A stretch of 43,805 nt of DNA from Euryarchaeota archaeon UBA173 (GTDB taxonomy: Archaea > Thermoplasmatota > Poseidoniia > Poseidoniales > Thalassarchaeaceae), in NCBI GenBank assembly GCA_002498925.1, contig DAJH01000040.1, forward strand, positions 1 through 43,805, read 5' to 3'. A program made the translations under genes and the position numbers. The notes under the pieces were generated by a model, which was not told the DNA's origin, did no database searches, and saw nothing but the letters and a program-made list of their open reading frames with translations. Below are positions 17,271 to 25,949 of the stretch, in pieces. Positions within the stretch are counted from its first letter, which is position 1. Every line of letters begins with the position of its first letter.

Positions 17271-18422
17271 ATGCCGGAGAAGAGGGACTACTATGATGTC
17301 CTGGGTCTTTCTAGGGGCGCTAGTAAGGGAGAAATTCGTAAAGCTTACAGATCCCTTGCTAGGAAGCACCATCCGGATAAGAACCCCGAAGATCCCGAAG
17401 CTGAAAGTAGGTTCAAGGAACTCTCAGAAGCTTTCGCCATACTTTCCGATGACGATGAAAGAAGGAAGTATGACACATTTGGGCATAATTCCCCCGGTGG
17501 TTCGCCATTTGGACCAGGGGGATTCCAAGGGGTCAATATCAGTATAGATGACCTATTTGGAGGTGACCTAGGGGGTATTTTCAGTCAATTTTTCGGTTCT
17601 TCATCTGGAAATAGGAGACCTAAGGGATCTGATTTGATGGTCAGACATTCTGTTCCCTTTCAAACAGCAATGGATGGCTGCGAGGAAGAAATAGAATTTG
17701 AAGCACTCAGAACATGTGACGACTGTGAAGGAAAGGGGTCGAAAGACCCCTCTTCAGTGAGGCCATGCCCGGCCTGTGATGGAAGGGGCAGGATAGAGAG
17801 GGTAGAGAGAATCGGTCCGTTTACCCAGAGAGTCGTCTCAGACTGCCCCTCGTGTGATGGCGATGGAAGGATCATCCAGAATCCTTGCGATTCTTGCGGA
17901 GGTTCTGGACGCTCAAATCAAACAAAGAAAGTAAGGTTCACCGTCCCTGCAGGAGTATCTTCCGGAGTCAGGCTGAGGATGAGGGGTCACGGCGAGGCTG
18001 CAAGGAATGGGAGAGGGGACTCCGGCGATTTGTACATCGAGATAGATGTAGAGGGCCATGAATGGTTTGAGAGGGATGGTTCTGATTTACTCATGGCTCT
18101 CCCAATTGGCTTTGCAGATCTACTCCTTGGAACTTCTGTAAAGATACCTCACGTAGACGGTACTGATATCACAGTTAAGATTCCAGCAGGGTCAAACCCA
18201 GGCGACACTATTTCTATACCGGGAAGGGGTCTTCCGGGACAAGGATCTAGGGCCAGAGGGGAGGTTTCAGTGGTATTGAAATTAGACATCCCATCGAGTG
18301 TTTCCCGTGCAGACAAGAAGAGGATTTCCGAAATGTATGATATCCTCGGTACGAACGAAGATGATATTGAGCAGAAAATAAGGGATGAAGCGTATAGACG
18401 CAGGAATTCAAGGATTAGATAG
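17271..18422 (+). CDS. dnaJ: Type I Hsp40 co-chaperone DnaJ
   Basis: J domain DYYDVLGLSRGASKGEIRKAYRSLARKHHPDKN with HPD. A G/F-rich linker follows. Four CxxCxGxG zinc-finger motifs are present (CDDCEGKG, CPACDGRG, CPSCDGDG, CDSCGGSG), then the C-terminal substrate-binding domains. The ATG at 17271 gives the typical M-x-x-K-R-D-Y-Y start. Confidence 0.92.
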   Translation: MPEKRDYYDVLGLSRGASKGEIRKAYRSLARKHHPDKNPEDPEAESRFKELSEAFAILSDDDERRKYDTFGHNSPGGSPFGPGGFQGVNISIDDLFGGDLGGIFSQFFGSSSGNRRPKGSDLMVRHSVPFQTAMDGCEEEIEFEALRTCDDCEGKGSKDPSSVRPCPACDGRGRIERVERIGPFTQRVVSDCPSCDGDGRIIQNPCDSCGGSGRSNQTKKVRFTVPAGVSSGVRLRMRGHGEAARNGRGDSGDLYIEIDVEGHEWFERDGSDLLMALPIGFADLLLGTSVKIPHVDGTDITVKIPAGSNPGDTISIPGRGLPGQGSRARGEVSVVLKLDIPSSVSRADKKRISEMYDILGTNEDDIEQKIRDEAYRRRNSRIR

Positions 18423-18427
18423 TTTTT
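18423..18427 (+). terminator. Oligo-T run directly after the dnaJ stop; candidate archaeal intrinsic terminator
   Basis: TAG (18420-18422) is followed by TTTTT. Archaeal RNA polymerase commonly terminates at oligo-T. The call is weak because the run lies inside the 3' end of the convergent gene. Confidence 0.25.
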
Positions 18428-20600
18428 ATTCCTCTTCTAGGCTCTTCCAATCCACAGCACTTCTTGGAGTCGCAGCAACCGGATCTCCTCCTACCAGTCC
18501 CGATAAATGGAAGCTTAGTACACTGGGATTCCCATCTATTTTGACCCGAATGAACGTCTTACTATCGGACTCTAAGGTATCCAGGAAAACCTCATCCCCG
18601 CCAAATAGTCGATTGGGCGAGACTTCAGAAATATCGGCTACAGCACCCTCTGGAGAGTGGAATCGTATCGCTGCTAACTTCCAATCCTCAGGCCCAACTC
18701 TAATTCCAAGAATCAGTGAGCTGCCCCCTTCTACACCCCATGCGCATACTTCGATCTGCTCCGTCATATGACGAATTACAGGATCACCCCACTCAGAGAT
18801 TATTCCAGCCCATGGGCTATCTCCAAGCTGATGGAGTGCAGATTCTACAACTTGCTCGTTCGTCTCACTCTCGGAAACGTCCTTAGAGAGCCTCTCTCGA
18901 AGCCTCCTAAGCCTCCTTCTTTCGTGAATCTCAATTATTTCAGCTCCTTTAGTGCCATAGAACAACCTCTTCCTTTCCCACCAAATTACAATTATTAGCG
19001 GTACTATCATCAACGCTCCAAGGAATAAATAAAGATCCTTGAATAAGTATGATAGGTCACTTAATTGCGCATCATCTGGGATATCTTCACCAGCATAGAT
19101 CAGTGTGAATCGATATTCAACTTCAACGTCTGAGGAAGCCAACTTTTCTATTCTGAGGGCGTGAGTCCCCATCGGCATACTGATTATTGACCCATTCGTG
19201 GAATTCAAAATAATCCAGCTCCCCTGGTCGAGAGATTGAATTTGGAAATTCACCGGTGACGCACCCTCGTCTCTGATGTAAACTCTGGAGCCATTTTGAT
19301 CCTCGATTTTTATGGGATGAACATCTACGTTATCACCTAGGCCCAATGTCCCAGATAGCACCTTTGGGCTGGGGAAAATCGGTTCATAGTAGTCAACTGT
19401 ATCGCCCTCGCTCCAGAGGTAGTCAGGAGCATCCCCGATCATATTTCCATCATTACCGGAGTCTGATGAGATTCCTATGGTCCAAGAAGAAGGGCCACTC
19501 GAAGTGATTCTGAACTCTATCGAATGTACATCGGCGAGCGTTACTATATTGTCCGGGCATGAAGGCCCCTGTTCCTGTATCACCGCCTCACCATTCGATG
19601 ATTTCAGGTGTATTCCAACAGAAACATCCCCTCTGAATGTGCAGTCCGGATTAATTTCCATTTTACCCCCGGCCTGAAGCAATAGAGAATCTCCATCAGT
19701 ATCGAATCCAGAAACATGTCCGGTGTATGACACTGAACGAAATTCCAAGTGTTCACCATGATTCCATTCACCCTCCAAGTCCCCTCCACCGGGGGCTTCT
19801 AGATTATTGTCAAATCTCGAAACCTCGATTTTGTACGGGGTCAATCCCGAATCAATCGAATGAACAATTCTCAGCCATAGGCTCGAATTCATCGGATAGT
19901 CGAGGATAATTGGAAAACTACCCCCGCCCTCATAAATTTCTAGTAGCGATTTAGAACCCATGCCACTTTCCCAAATTTCCAAATCAGCAACTCCTCCGGA
20001 CTTGAAATCCTCTATGACTACGACATCACCATTGCCTCCCGGTATCCTGATTGAATCCTTATCATCCTGATTTTCCAGAGAACCAACAATAATTGCACCC
20101 TCCTTAACAGCCCCCAGATCCTCTGATTGGCCGTTCAACTCACACCTATCCAGTTGACAGATGGAAGTAGCATCAATCTCGAATTCTACAGCCTGGTTCC
20201 CGGGGACAGGGACAGTACTGGGCAAATCCCCCGGCTCGACCAAATTGGTTTCACTCGGGAGTATCGAATCGTACCCTATGTCGTCAATATCGAAGCCCTC
20301 TCCCAAATTCACCCTCCAAGATAGATTATTGTCAACGATTCCAGACCATTGGACTAGGTGAGTGTCAGAAATCGTATATTCTTCCCCGTCTACTTGGACG
20401 ACTAACTCCAGTTCCGAGCAACTAATTTGCAGGCATTCAAACTCCAACCAAGCTGGACCATGTCCTTCCACATGCCCCTCAACGACGCCAATCCCCCCCT
20501 CTTCAGCTATTGATGTGGGGAAAGTGAAGGCAAAAGTTGAGGCCAGAATCAGTGAAAGAATCGCCGCCCTCGCCTGACTCATGCAATCCCCGAGTAGCAA
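18426..20600 (-). CDS. Type I membrane protein (724 aa): exported ectodomain with about three PPC-like beta-sandwich modules, one TM helix, and a ~190-aa cytoplasmic domain
   Basis: Signal-like N-terminus ARAAILSLILASTFAFTFPTSIA. Pre-peptidase-C-terminal-like units include GSLENQDDKDSIRIPGGNGDVVVIE, GHVSGFDTDGDSLLLQAGG and GTLGLGDNVDVHPIKIEDQNGSRVYI. The TM helix LYLFLGALMIVPLIIVIWW is followed by ERKR and a non-repetitive C-terminal domain. Confidence 0.8.
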   Translation of the reverse strand: MLLGDCMSQARAAILSLILASTFAFTFPTSIAEEGGIGVVEGHVEGHGPAWLEFECLQISCSELELVVQVDGEEYTISDTHLVQWSGIVDNNLSWRVNLGEGFDIDDIGYDSILPSETNLVEPGDLPSTVPVPGNQAVEFEIDATSICQLDRCELNGQSEDLGAVKEGAIIVGSLENQDDKDSIRIPGGNGDVVVIEDFKSGGVADLEIWESGMGSKSLLEIYEGGGSFPIILDYPMNSSLWLRIVHSIDSGLTPYKIEVSRFDNNLEAPGGGDLEGEWNHGEHLEFRSVSYTGHVSGFDTDGDSLLLQAGGKMEINPDCTFRGDVSVGIHLKSSNGEAVIQEQGPSCPDNIVTLADVHSIEFRITSSGPSSWTIGISSDSGNDGNMIGDAPDYLWSEGDTVDYYEPIFPSPKVLSGTLGLGDNVDVHPIKIEDQNGSRVYIRDEGASPVNFQIQSLDQGSWIILNSTNGSIISMPMGTHALRIEKLASSDVEVEYRFTLIYAGEDIPDDAQLSDLSYLFKDLYLFLGALMIVPLIIVIWWERKRLFYGTKGAEIIEIHERRRLRRLRERLSKDVSESETNEQVVESALHQLGDSPWAGIISEWGDPVIRHMTEQIEVCAWGVEGGSSLILGIRVGPEDWKLAAIRFHSPEGAVADISEVSPNRLFGGDEVFLDTLESDSKTFIRVKIDGNPSVLSFHLSGLVGGDPVAATPRSAVDWKSLEEE

Positions 20601-20644
20601 TCAGCCTTAGAATCCTTCAAGCGAAGTTTCTCATTCGAGGCACT

Positions 20645-22426
20645 ATGGAGGACAGGCCACTAGCACGAGATGTCATAGCTAGACAACGAGTCTCTAGGCT
20701 ATTTTCACTAGGAGACAGGGCGAATCCAGCATCTTGGGCACCAGCTATCATTATTTCAGAAGATGATCCAGAATTACCCATTTCAATGTCCCCACTGTCA
20801 TTCAGAAGGGACAACTCTGATTTTCCTTCAAAACTCACCATGTTCACCAGGGCAGATATTTGTTATCCATTCGATGGCCTCGATGCATGGGAGGCTAACG
20901 AAGGCCTCATTTTACCCCCTAGTCTCGAAGAATCAGACTCAGGAAGTTTTGGCACTGGCCTCAATCTGCTCCCGGTCTCCTGGCAGTCATTGCATCATGA
21001 CAACACACTTTCCGATGAATCACTGGAGCCTTCGGTCGTCGTGCTTACCGATGCCCCACAGCTAGCTAACAATCGTGGAAAACTCGTACAGGCCTTGGAC
21101 GTTGTTAGGAGGAGATTCCCTACTTCTCTAATTTGGACTCCAGGGATTTCAGGTCCCGATAATTGCCATCTACTTTCATGGCTTGGTGTGGATTTATTTG
21201 ACCTTTCCAGATCGAGAAATGCATCTGCGGCCGGTATCATTCTTTCCCAGAGTGGACCTCGCGAACCAGAGGTCACATTGGGGGAAAATGCTGATATTGA
21301 CACTCAGATCAATCATTGGGTGTCTGCACTTTCAGACCTGAGGCAGTCAATCAGAACAGGTACACTCAGGGAATCAGTGGAGAAATGCATCGTCTCTAGC
21401 CCCCGCTCTGTCGAGAGGTTGAGGGTACACGACGCATTAATGAGTGGCAATACAGCTAATGCGGGACTATCAAGCACAGTGGAGGGCAAGAGAAGACTCC
21501 GATGCAACTCGCCAATTAGTCGAGATGACCCACTCATTCAAGATTGGAGGGCGAGGGTCTCGGAAACTCATGTCCCCCCCTCTCATCAGGCCGACATACT
21601 TCTCCTGCTCCCATGTTCGGCCACTAAGCCGTACAGGCTCTCTCCAAGCCATCATAGATTCATGAAGAATATTTCAAGTAACAGAATCCACCAAGTCATG
21701 GTTACAGCACCTCTTGGACTAGTGCCAAGGGAGCTTGAAGATCTATGGCCTGCAGCACATTATGACATCCCAGTCACCGGAGATTGGGATGAAGATGAAA
21801 TAGCGATAATTACGAGAATGGTAAGTAGGATTGTTGAAAGGGTCGGATACAAGCAAGTGATCAACCACTCCGGATTAGAATTTTGCATTGATGGAATTAA
21901 TGTCCGTGACACTAGGAATGGTGAAACTGCTGGTTCTCAGAATTCGTTAAGCAAATTGCATGAAGCCAGTATGGATATTCCCCTTTCGTTAGATTTGGAA
22001 GATGTCAAACAATCAGAGGAGAGGTTACGCACTATGGAGTCGAGATCCAGGTTTATTCACGGTACCGACAAATGGCTCGAAGGTACCGTAGTTTCAGGAA
22101 GGCCCCCGATTCTAACAATTTCAAAATCAGGAGATCAACTGGCTAGATGGAATCCGAGAGATGGAAGGTTTGCTTTCTCAAAAAAATCCCTGCCAATTAT
22201 CGACGAAAGCGGAAAGTTTCCAAAAGCCCACTTAATTGAGAACCATGACTGGATTGGAGACATTTTCCCGACAAATATCGAAAACTTCGAGGGGGACATC
22301 AGAGTAGGTGACGAGATGTTAGTCTATCAGGATGGCACTCTGGTAGGCTCTGCAAGGGCGGCGGCCCCTGTATGGGAATGGCCCAAAGGACCAGGTAGGC
22401 TGGCTCGTACTAGGCACAGGCTCTGA
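20645..22426 (+). CDS. arcS: Archaeosine synthase (ArcS/TgtA2-type): TGT-like, DUF5591 and PUA domains
   Basis: TGT-like block FPTSLIWTPGISGPDNCHLLSWLGVDLFD. DUF5591 signature LLLLPCSATKPY...VMVTAPLGLVPRELE. C-terminal PUA-like IRVGDEMLVYQDGTLVGSARA. Start chosen at MEDRPLARD (20645), because the longer ORF from 20537 would overlap the divergent gene. Confidence 0.7.
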   Translation: MEDRPLARDVIARQRVSRLFSLGDRANPASWAPAIIISEDDPELPISMSPLSFRRDNSDFPSKLTMFTRADICYPFDGLDAWEANEGLILPPSLEESDSGSFGTGLNLLPVSWQSLHHDNTLSDESLEPSVVVLTDAPQLANNRGKLVQALDVVRRRFPTSLIWTPGISGPDNCHLLSWLGVDLFDLSRSRNASAAGIILSQSGPREPEVTLGENADIDTQINHWVSALSDLRQSIRTGTLRESVEKCIVSSPRSVERLRVHDALMSGNTANAGLSSTVEGKRRLRCNSPISRDDPLIQDWRARVSETHVPPSHQADILLLLPCSATKPYRLSPSHHRFMKNISSNRIHQVMVTAPLGLVPRELEDLWPAAHYDIPVTGDWDEDEIAIITRMVSRIVERVGYKQVINHSGLEFCIDGINVRDTRNGETAGSQNSLSKLHEASMDIPLSLDLEDVKQSEERLRTMESRSRFIHGTDKWLEGTVVSGRPPILTISKSGDQLARWNPRDGRFAFSKKSLPIIDESGKFPKAHLIENHDWIGDIFPTNIENFEGDIRVGDEMLVYQDGTLVGSARAAAPVWEWPKGPGRLARTRHRL

Positions 22427-22489
22427 GGCCCACCAACTCTGGTGCCCCATCGCAGCGATTAAAGAGGGGGAGTAGGTCGCCCGCTCGCT

Positions 22490-22494
22490 GGAGG
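22490..22494 (+). promoter_or_regulatory. Shine-Dalgarno-like GGAGG upstream of rps15
   Basis: GGAGG lies 7 nt before the ATG at 22502 and is complementary to the conserved CCUCC at the archaeal 16S 3' end. Confidence 0.5.
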
Positions 22495-22501
22495 CACATG
22501 T

Positions 22502-22957
22502 ATGGCACGAATGCATAGCAAGGGCAAGGGTGCAAGCGGTTCATCTAAGCCCAATTCTGGTAACCTGCCAGATTGGTCCGAGACCGACAAGAGTGCTATA
22601 GAAGAACTCATAATCAGTATGGCAAAGGACGGCCACACAACTGCAATGATTGGCATGGTCCTCAGAGATCAACATGCTGTCCCCGATGTCCGTCTCGCCA
22701 CTGGAGAGAGAATTTCACAGATTCTTGAAAGGAATGGTATTTCTCCCAAGTTCCCGGAGGATATGATGAACCTAATGAGGAGGGCACTAGGCCTGATAGA
22801 TCACCTAAATGCCAATTCCAAGGACCTTCATAACCGTCGTCAGTTGGAACTGTGTGAGTCCAAGATTAGGAGGCTAGCTGAATATTACAAGGGTTCAGGA
22901 AAGCTAGATGGCGACTGGCAATACAAGAGAGACCAACTAAGGTTGATGGTTGAATAG
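22502..22957 (+). CDS. rps15: 30S ribosomal protein S15 (uS15, archaeal/eukaryal S13e type)
   Basis: The N-terminus MARMHSKGKGASGSSKP is characteristic of archaeal S15P/eukaryal S13. The C-terminal S15 fold block is LNANSKDLHNRRQLELCESKIRRLAEYY. Confidence 0.92.
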   Translation: MARMHSKGKGASGSSKPNSGNLPDWSETDKSAIEELIISMAKDGHTTAMIGMVLRDQHAVPDVRLATGERISQILERNGISPKFPEDMMNLMRRALGLIDHLNANSKDLHNRRQLELCESKIRRLAEYYKGSGKLDGDWQYKRDQLRLMVE

Positions 22958-22998
22958 TCAATAGTAGGGGATTTGAACGTACACCCCTTCGCGTTCCT

Positions 22999-23886
22999 AT
23001 GCGAACACTGGTTGATGAGGAAATTTTCTCGCCTGTCGCAGAAATACTACGCTCAGTGGCCTCGATGGTTCGTTCTGGAAAAAGAATCACCCTTTCGTCT
23101 ACAGATTCGACGCTCACCTCATCTCTCGCCATGGCACCTATCGAGGCGGCCCTTCTGGACGAGGGAATTCCCTACAGTAGGGTAATTACCAACAGACCCG
23201 AAGAAAAATCAGCAGGCTTGACACCCCCGTTCATTTTGTTCGATCCCTCGCTAGAAGAGTTCAGCTTCGATTCGAATATACCAGCAGTAGTTATTGGAGC
23301 GGACGTACCAACTACTGCCCATATGGGGCAGCAGGGCAAGGGCCGGAATGGCGCCCTAACCCCCGCAGCCATTTCACATGCACTCGCTCAGCTAATTTCC
23401 CCCACTGGTAAGAGGGTGAGGAGAATGAGGCCATGGTCAATTTCAGGAAATTGGATTCATCCCTCAATGGATACAACTTATGATCCAGTATTCACGACAC
23501 TCAGGGACTTACTCGAGGACGAGGGTACAATCAGTGTCGTGCCCCTTCCCGAAGTCCCCCTGCTAGAGCCATCGACTCGACCATGGATTGACGAAGGGGA
23601 CCTCGTAGCAGTGAAGGAAAGATGGCCGCATTTGGACGCCGAAGGTAGAGCACGAGCGATCTCCCATCTCATGAGGCCAGGACTAACCTCTTCGACACCT
23701 TCTACATCACGTTTCGAGGAATTGGGCTGGCATTGCATTCTTGCCCCATCCTGGGTTCACGATTTAGCTGACCAGATAAGAATGGCAACCCTGCTGTGGA
23801 AGGAAATGGATAACAATCTAGCAGCTGGGAAGGTAATTGATGCCCTGATCTCAAATGGCGCATTATTCCCTACTCTATCCGAATGA
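22999..23886 (+). CDS. DHH-domain-like protein lacking the catalytic DHH residues; possible inactivated RecJ/GAN/Cdc45 homologue
   Basis: 295-aa ORF 41 nt downstream of rps15. By eye it aligns block-for-block with the DHH domain of archaeal RecJ/GAN. GKRITLSSTDSTLTSSLAMAPIEAAL corresponds to motif I/II (h-x-H-x-D-x-D-G). IPAVVIGADVPT corresponds to motif III, where DHH is replaced by ADV. GALTPAAISHALAQLI and RPWSISGNWIH correspond to the following helix and motif IV. No DHHA1 domain is present. Confidence 0.45.
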   Translation: MRTLVDEEIFSPVAEILRSVASMVRSGKRITLSSTDSTLTSSLAMAPIEAALLDEGIPYSRVITNRPEEKSAGLTPPFILFDPSLEEFSFDSNIPAVVIGADVPTTAHMGQQGKGRNGALTPAAISHALAQLISPTGKRVRRMRPWSISGNWIHPSMDTTYDPVFTTLRDLLEDEGTISVVPLPEVPLLEPSTRPWIDEGDLVAVKERWPHLDAEGRARAISHLMRPGLTSSTPSTSRFEELGWHCILAPSWVHDLADQIRMATLLWKEMDNNLAAGKVIDALISNGALFPTLSE

Positions 23887-25879
23887 TGCTATCACACTCA
23901 AAGCATGTAAGCCTAAGTGGCCTAACATCGGAATCAACCGATATGGAATTTCCACAGGATGGACAATTGACCCTCCCTCCTCCTTTACCATTTCTTTCAG
24001 CTCTCTCAATCTTAGGTGAAAGTAAGGAAATTGGGAATACTAGAAGTATACTGAAAAGGACTAATCCCAATACCATCTGCATTGGGAGCCCCAGGAAGTA
24101 AATCGCGAAAGACATCAGTCCCATCGTTGCAACTGTTACCATCGTTGGGAATCTAGACCTTTTCCTAGTTGCATTCAATCCCATCCCGATAGCTGCACAC
24201 AGTGCTAGAACCATTATTCCGGAACCAACTAGAACGCTGAACATAGGATTTCCAGTGGGCGTAAATTCAACGCGGAAGTCTAAATCTAGATCAATCTCCC
24301 CTTCGTTAATTGAAATTGTCTCTTGCACAATCCACCTCCTGTGAGAGTATTCTATGCCTTCCGAAGAAACCACGCCAACGTCCTGAAGCATCGATCCTTT
24401 CAGCTCAACCGAGATGCCTATTGCTGTCCAGTATTCTTCCAGCGATGGACGGACAAAATCCTCGACCAATAACTGCCTTTCACCCTCACTTACGAGGTAT
24501 GACGTCGAAATCGAAATCGATATTGTATCCGAACTGAAACCCCTCGTCCCGCCCATGTCGATATTTACTTCTGTTGGACCAAGATCAATTGGATCGACTC
24601 CAAGTATCGACTCAGCTTCGATAAACATCCCATTGGAAAGGAATGAGCGCATATCTGAGGTAGACCCCGTAAGGTAGCCAGTTAGGGCTACTAACTCAGA
24701 GTCATCAACCATCCCATTATTGTAATCCGATTGTGGAATTGAACTTGAATATGACTTCAGATTCCTCCACCAGCTACTGGATTCCAAGCTAGAATTTCCA
24801 ATGTTGTCCAGCCCCCACCTCATCCATTGGGACATGGCGCCACCGAACTCAAGAGTTACATCCCTTTCCGTACTGTCGCCTTTCCATTCAGCATTTATTT
24901 TCACAGATAAGTCAGTCCCGCCAGTCCTTAGCGGCTCATTGGCAGGATACCAGGTCCCACCTCCTCCGCCATCATCTCCAACAGTAATTGAATGCGTCAT
25001 ATTGGCCTCTATCCTGAGTCCATCTTGTGGCTCAAGGTGAAAATCTACCCGGTAAGTCCCTCCCTCTGTTCCTTCTGGGATGTTCCAAACGAATGTGACC
25101 TCAACTCCGTTCTCCACTAGCGTCGCCACTGGCTTCTCACTGACTTCGGAGTTTTGTACAGAAATACCACCCATTGATGCTGACCACATCCTATCATCAA
25201 ATCCGGACGAAAGGAGTATTGGGAAGTAAACTAGAGTCCCACTAACACTGGCATCCCTCATTTGAACCCCAACTAGGGGCATTCTTACTGAGATACTGGA
25301 TTTCTTATCCTCGGACCCCCACAGGAAGTTAACCCCTGCATTGTCACCCGGTTGATTGAATCCAAGTAGTTGCACGTTCAAGGTAATCTCAACCAAATCT
25401 CCATCATTCACCTCTCCAGCCTCGACACCCACTGGTATCTGTAAATCCCCTTCTCCGGTGATGTATGGATTGATTCCCTCCGAACTGCCCTGATAGAAAG
25501 AGCCCCCAATCCTCACTTCTAGAGTAGCATTGATGTTTACACCCACTGCTCCTTGGACCTCGTATGGGATAGTAAACTCCCAAGTCGAATCGGGATGACT
25601 TCCCTCAGAGCCCCATACTACCCCCCACTTTCCAACTTCTATTGGTTGGAAAACTTGTGTAACTAGGGCCGACTCAACCTCATCAAGTTCCGAATCGAAG
25701 GGAGTCAACGTCCCTATGTCTGCTTCTCCAAGCAAAAACAACTCGAAATCATCTGAGTTGCAGCAGGTGGATTGCTGTCCTGCCACTTGGGGGATGGGGG
25801 AGAGAACTGTGACCATCAGCGTCATACAAAGGAGAACAGCGTAGCGACCCCGTACATCCCCCATATGCCTACGTCCCAT
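23870..25879 (-). CDS. Membrane protein (669 aa): large exported ectodomain, three C-terminal TM helices, cytoplasmic zinc ribbon
   Basis: Signal-like RYAVLLCMTLMVTVLSPIPQVAG. A ~530-aa beta-rich ectodomain contains a G5 run. The TM helices are MFSVLVGSGIMVLALCAAIGMGL, MVTVATMGLMSFAIYFLGL and VLGLVLFSILLVFPISLL. The terminal zinc ribbon is CPSCGNSISVDSDVRPLRLTCFECDSII. Confidence 0.8.
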   Translation of the reverse strand: MGRRHMGDVRGRYAVLLCMTLMVTVLSPIPQVAGQQSTCCNSDDFELFLLGEADIGTLTPFDSELDEVESALVTQVFQPIEVGKWGVVWGSEGSHPDSTWEFTIPYEVQGAVGVNINATLEVRIGGSFYQGSSEGINPYITGEGDLQIPVGVEAGEVNDGDLVEITLNVQLLGFNQPGDNAGVNFLWGSEDKKSSISVRMPLVGVQMRDASVSGTLVYFPILLSSGFDDRMWSASMGGISVQNSEVSEKPVATLVENGVEVTFVWNIPEGTEGGTYRVDFHLEPQDGLRIEANMTHSITVGDDGGGGGTWYPANEPLRTGGTDLSVKINAEWKGDSTERDVTLEFGGAMSQWMRWGLDNIGNSSLESSSWWRNLKSYSSSIPQSDYNNGMVDDSELVALTGYLTGSTSDMRSFLSNGMFIEAESILGVDPIDLGPTEVNIDMGGTRGFSSDTISISISTSYLVSEGERQLLVEDFVRPSLEEYWTAIGISVELKGSMLQDVGVVSSEGIEYSHRRWIVQETISINEGEIDLDLDFRVEFTPTGNPMFSVLVGSGIMVLALCAAIGMGLNATRKRSRFPTMVTVATMGLMSFAIYFLGLPMQMVLGLVLFSILLVFPISLLSPKIERAERNGKGGGRVNCPSCGNSISVDSDVRPLRLTCFECDSIIRIE

Positions 25880-25949
25880 CTAAACAACTTGAATACAACC
25901 CCTGTGAGGGCACTATTTAGTCGATAATGTCAATTGTAAACATCAGCCA

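Noticed and set aside
20537-20644. Upstream extension of the arcS ORF overlapping the start of the divergent 724-aa gene
   Set aside because: It would create a 64-nt divergent overlap. The internal ATG at 20645 leaves a normal divergent intergenic region.
22963-22998. tRNA-like or CRISPR-repeat-like string AGGGGATTTGAACGTACACCCCT between rps15 and the next gene
   Set aside because: GGATTTGAAC resembles the reverse complement of a tRNA T-arm, but the flanks cannot form an acceptor, D or anticodon arm. The stem partner is displaced by 6 nt. There is only one copy. It is at most a small intergenic hairpin.
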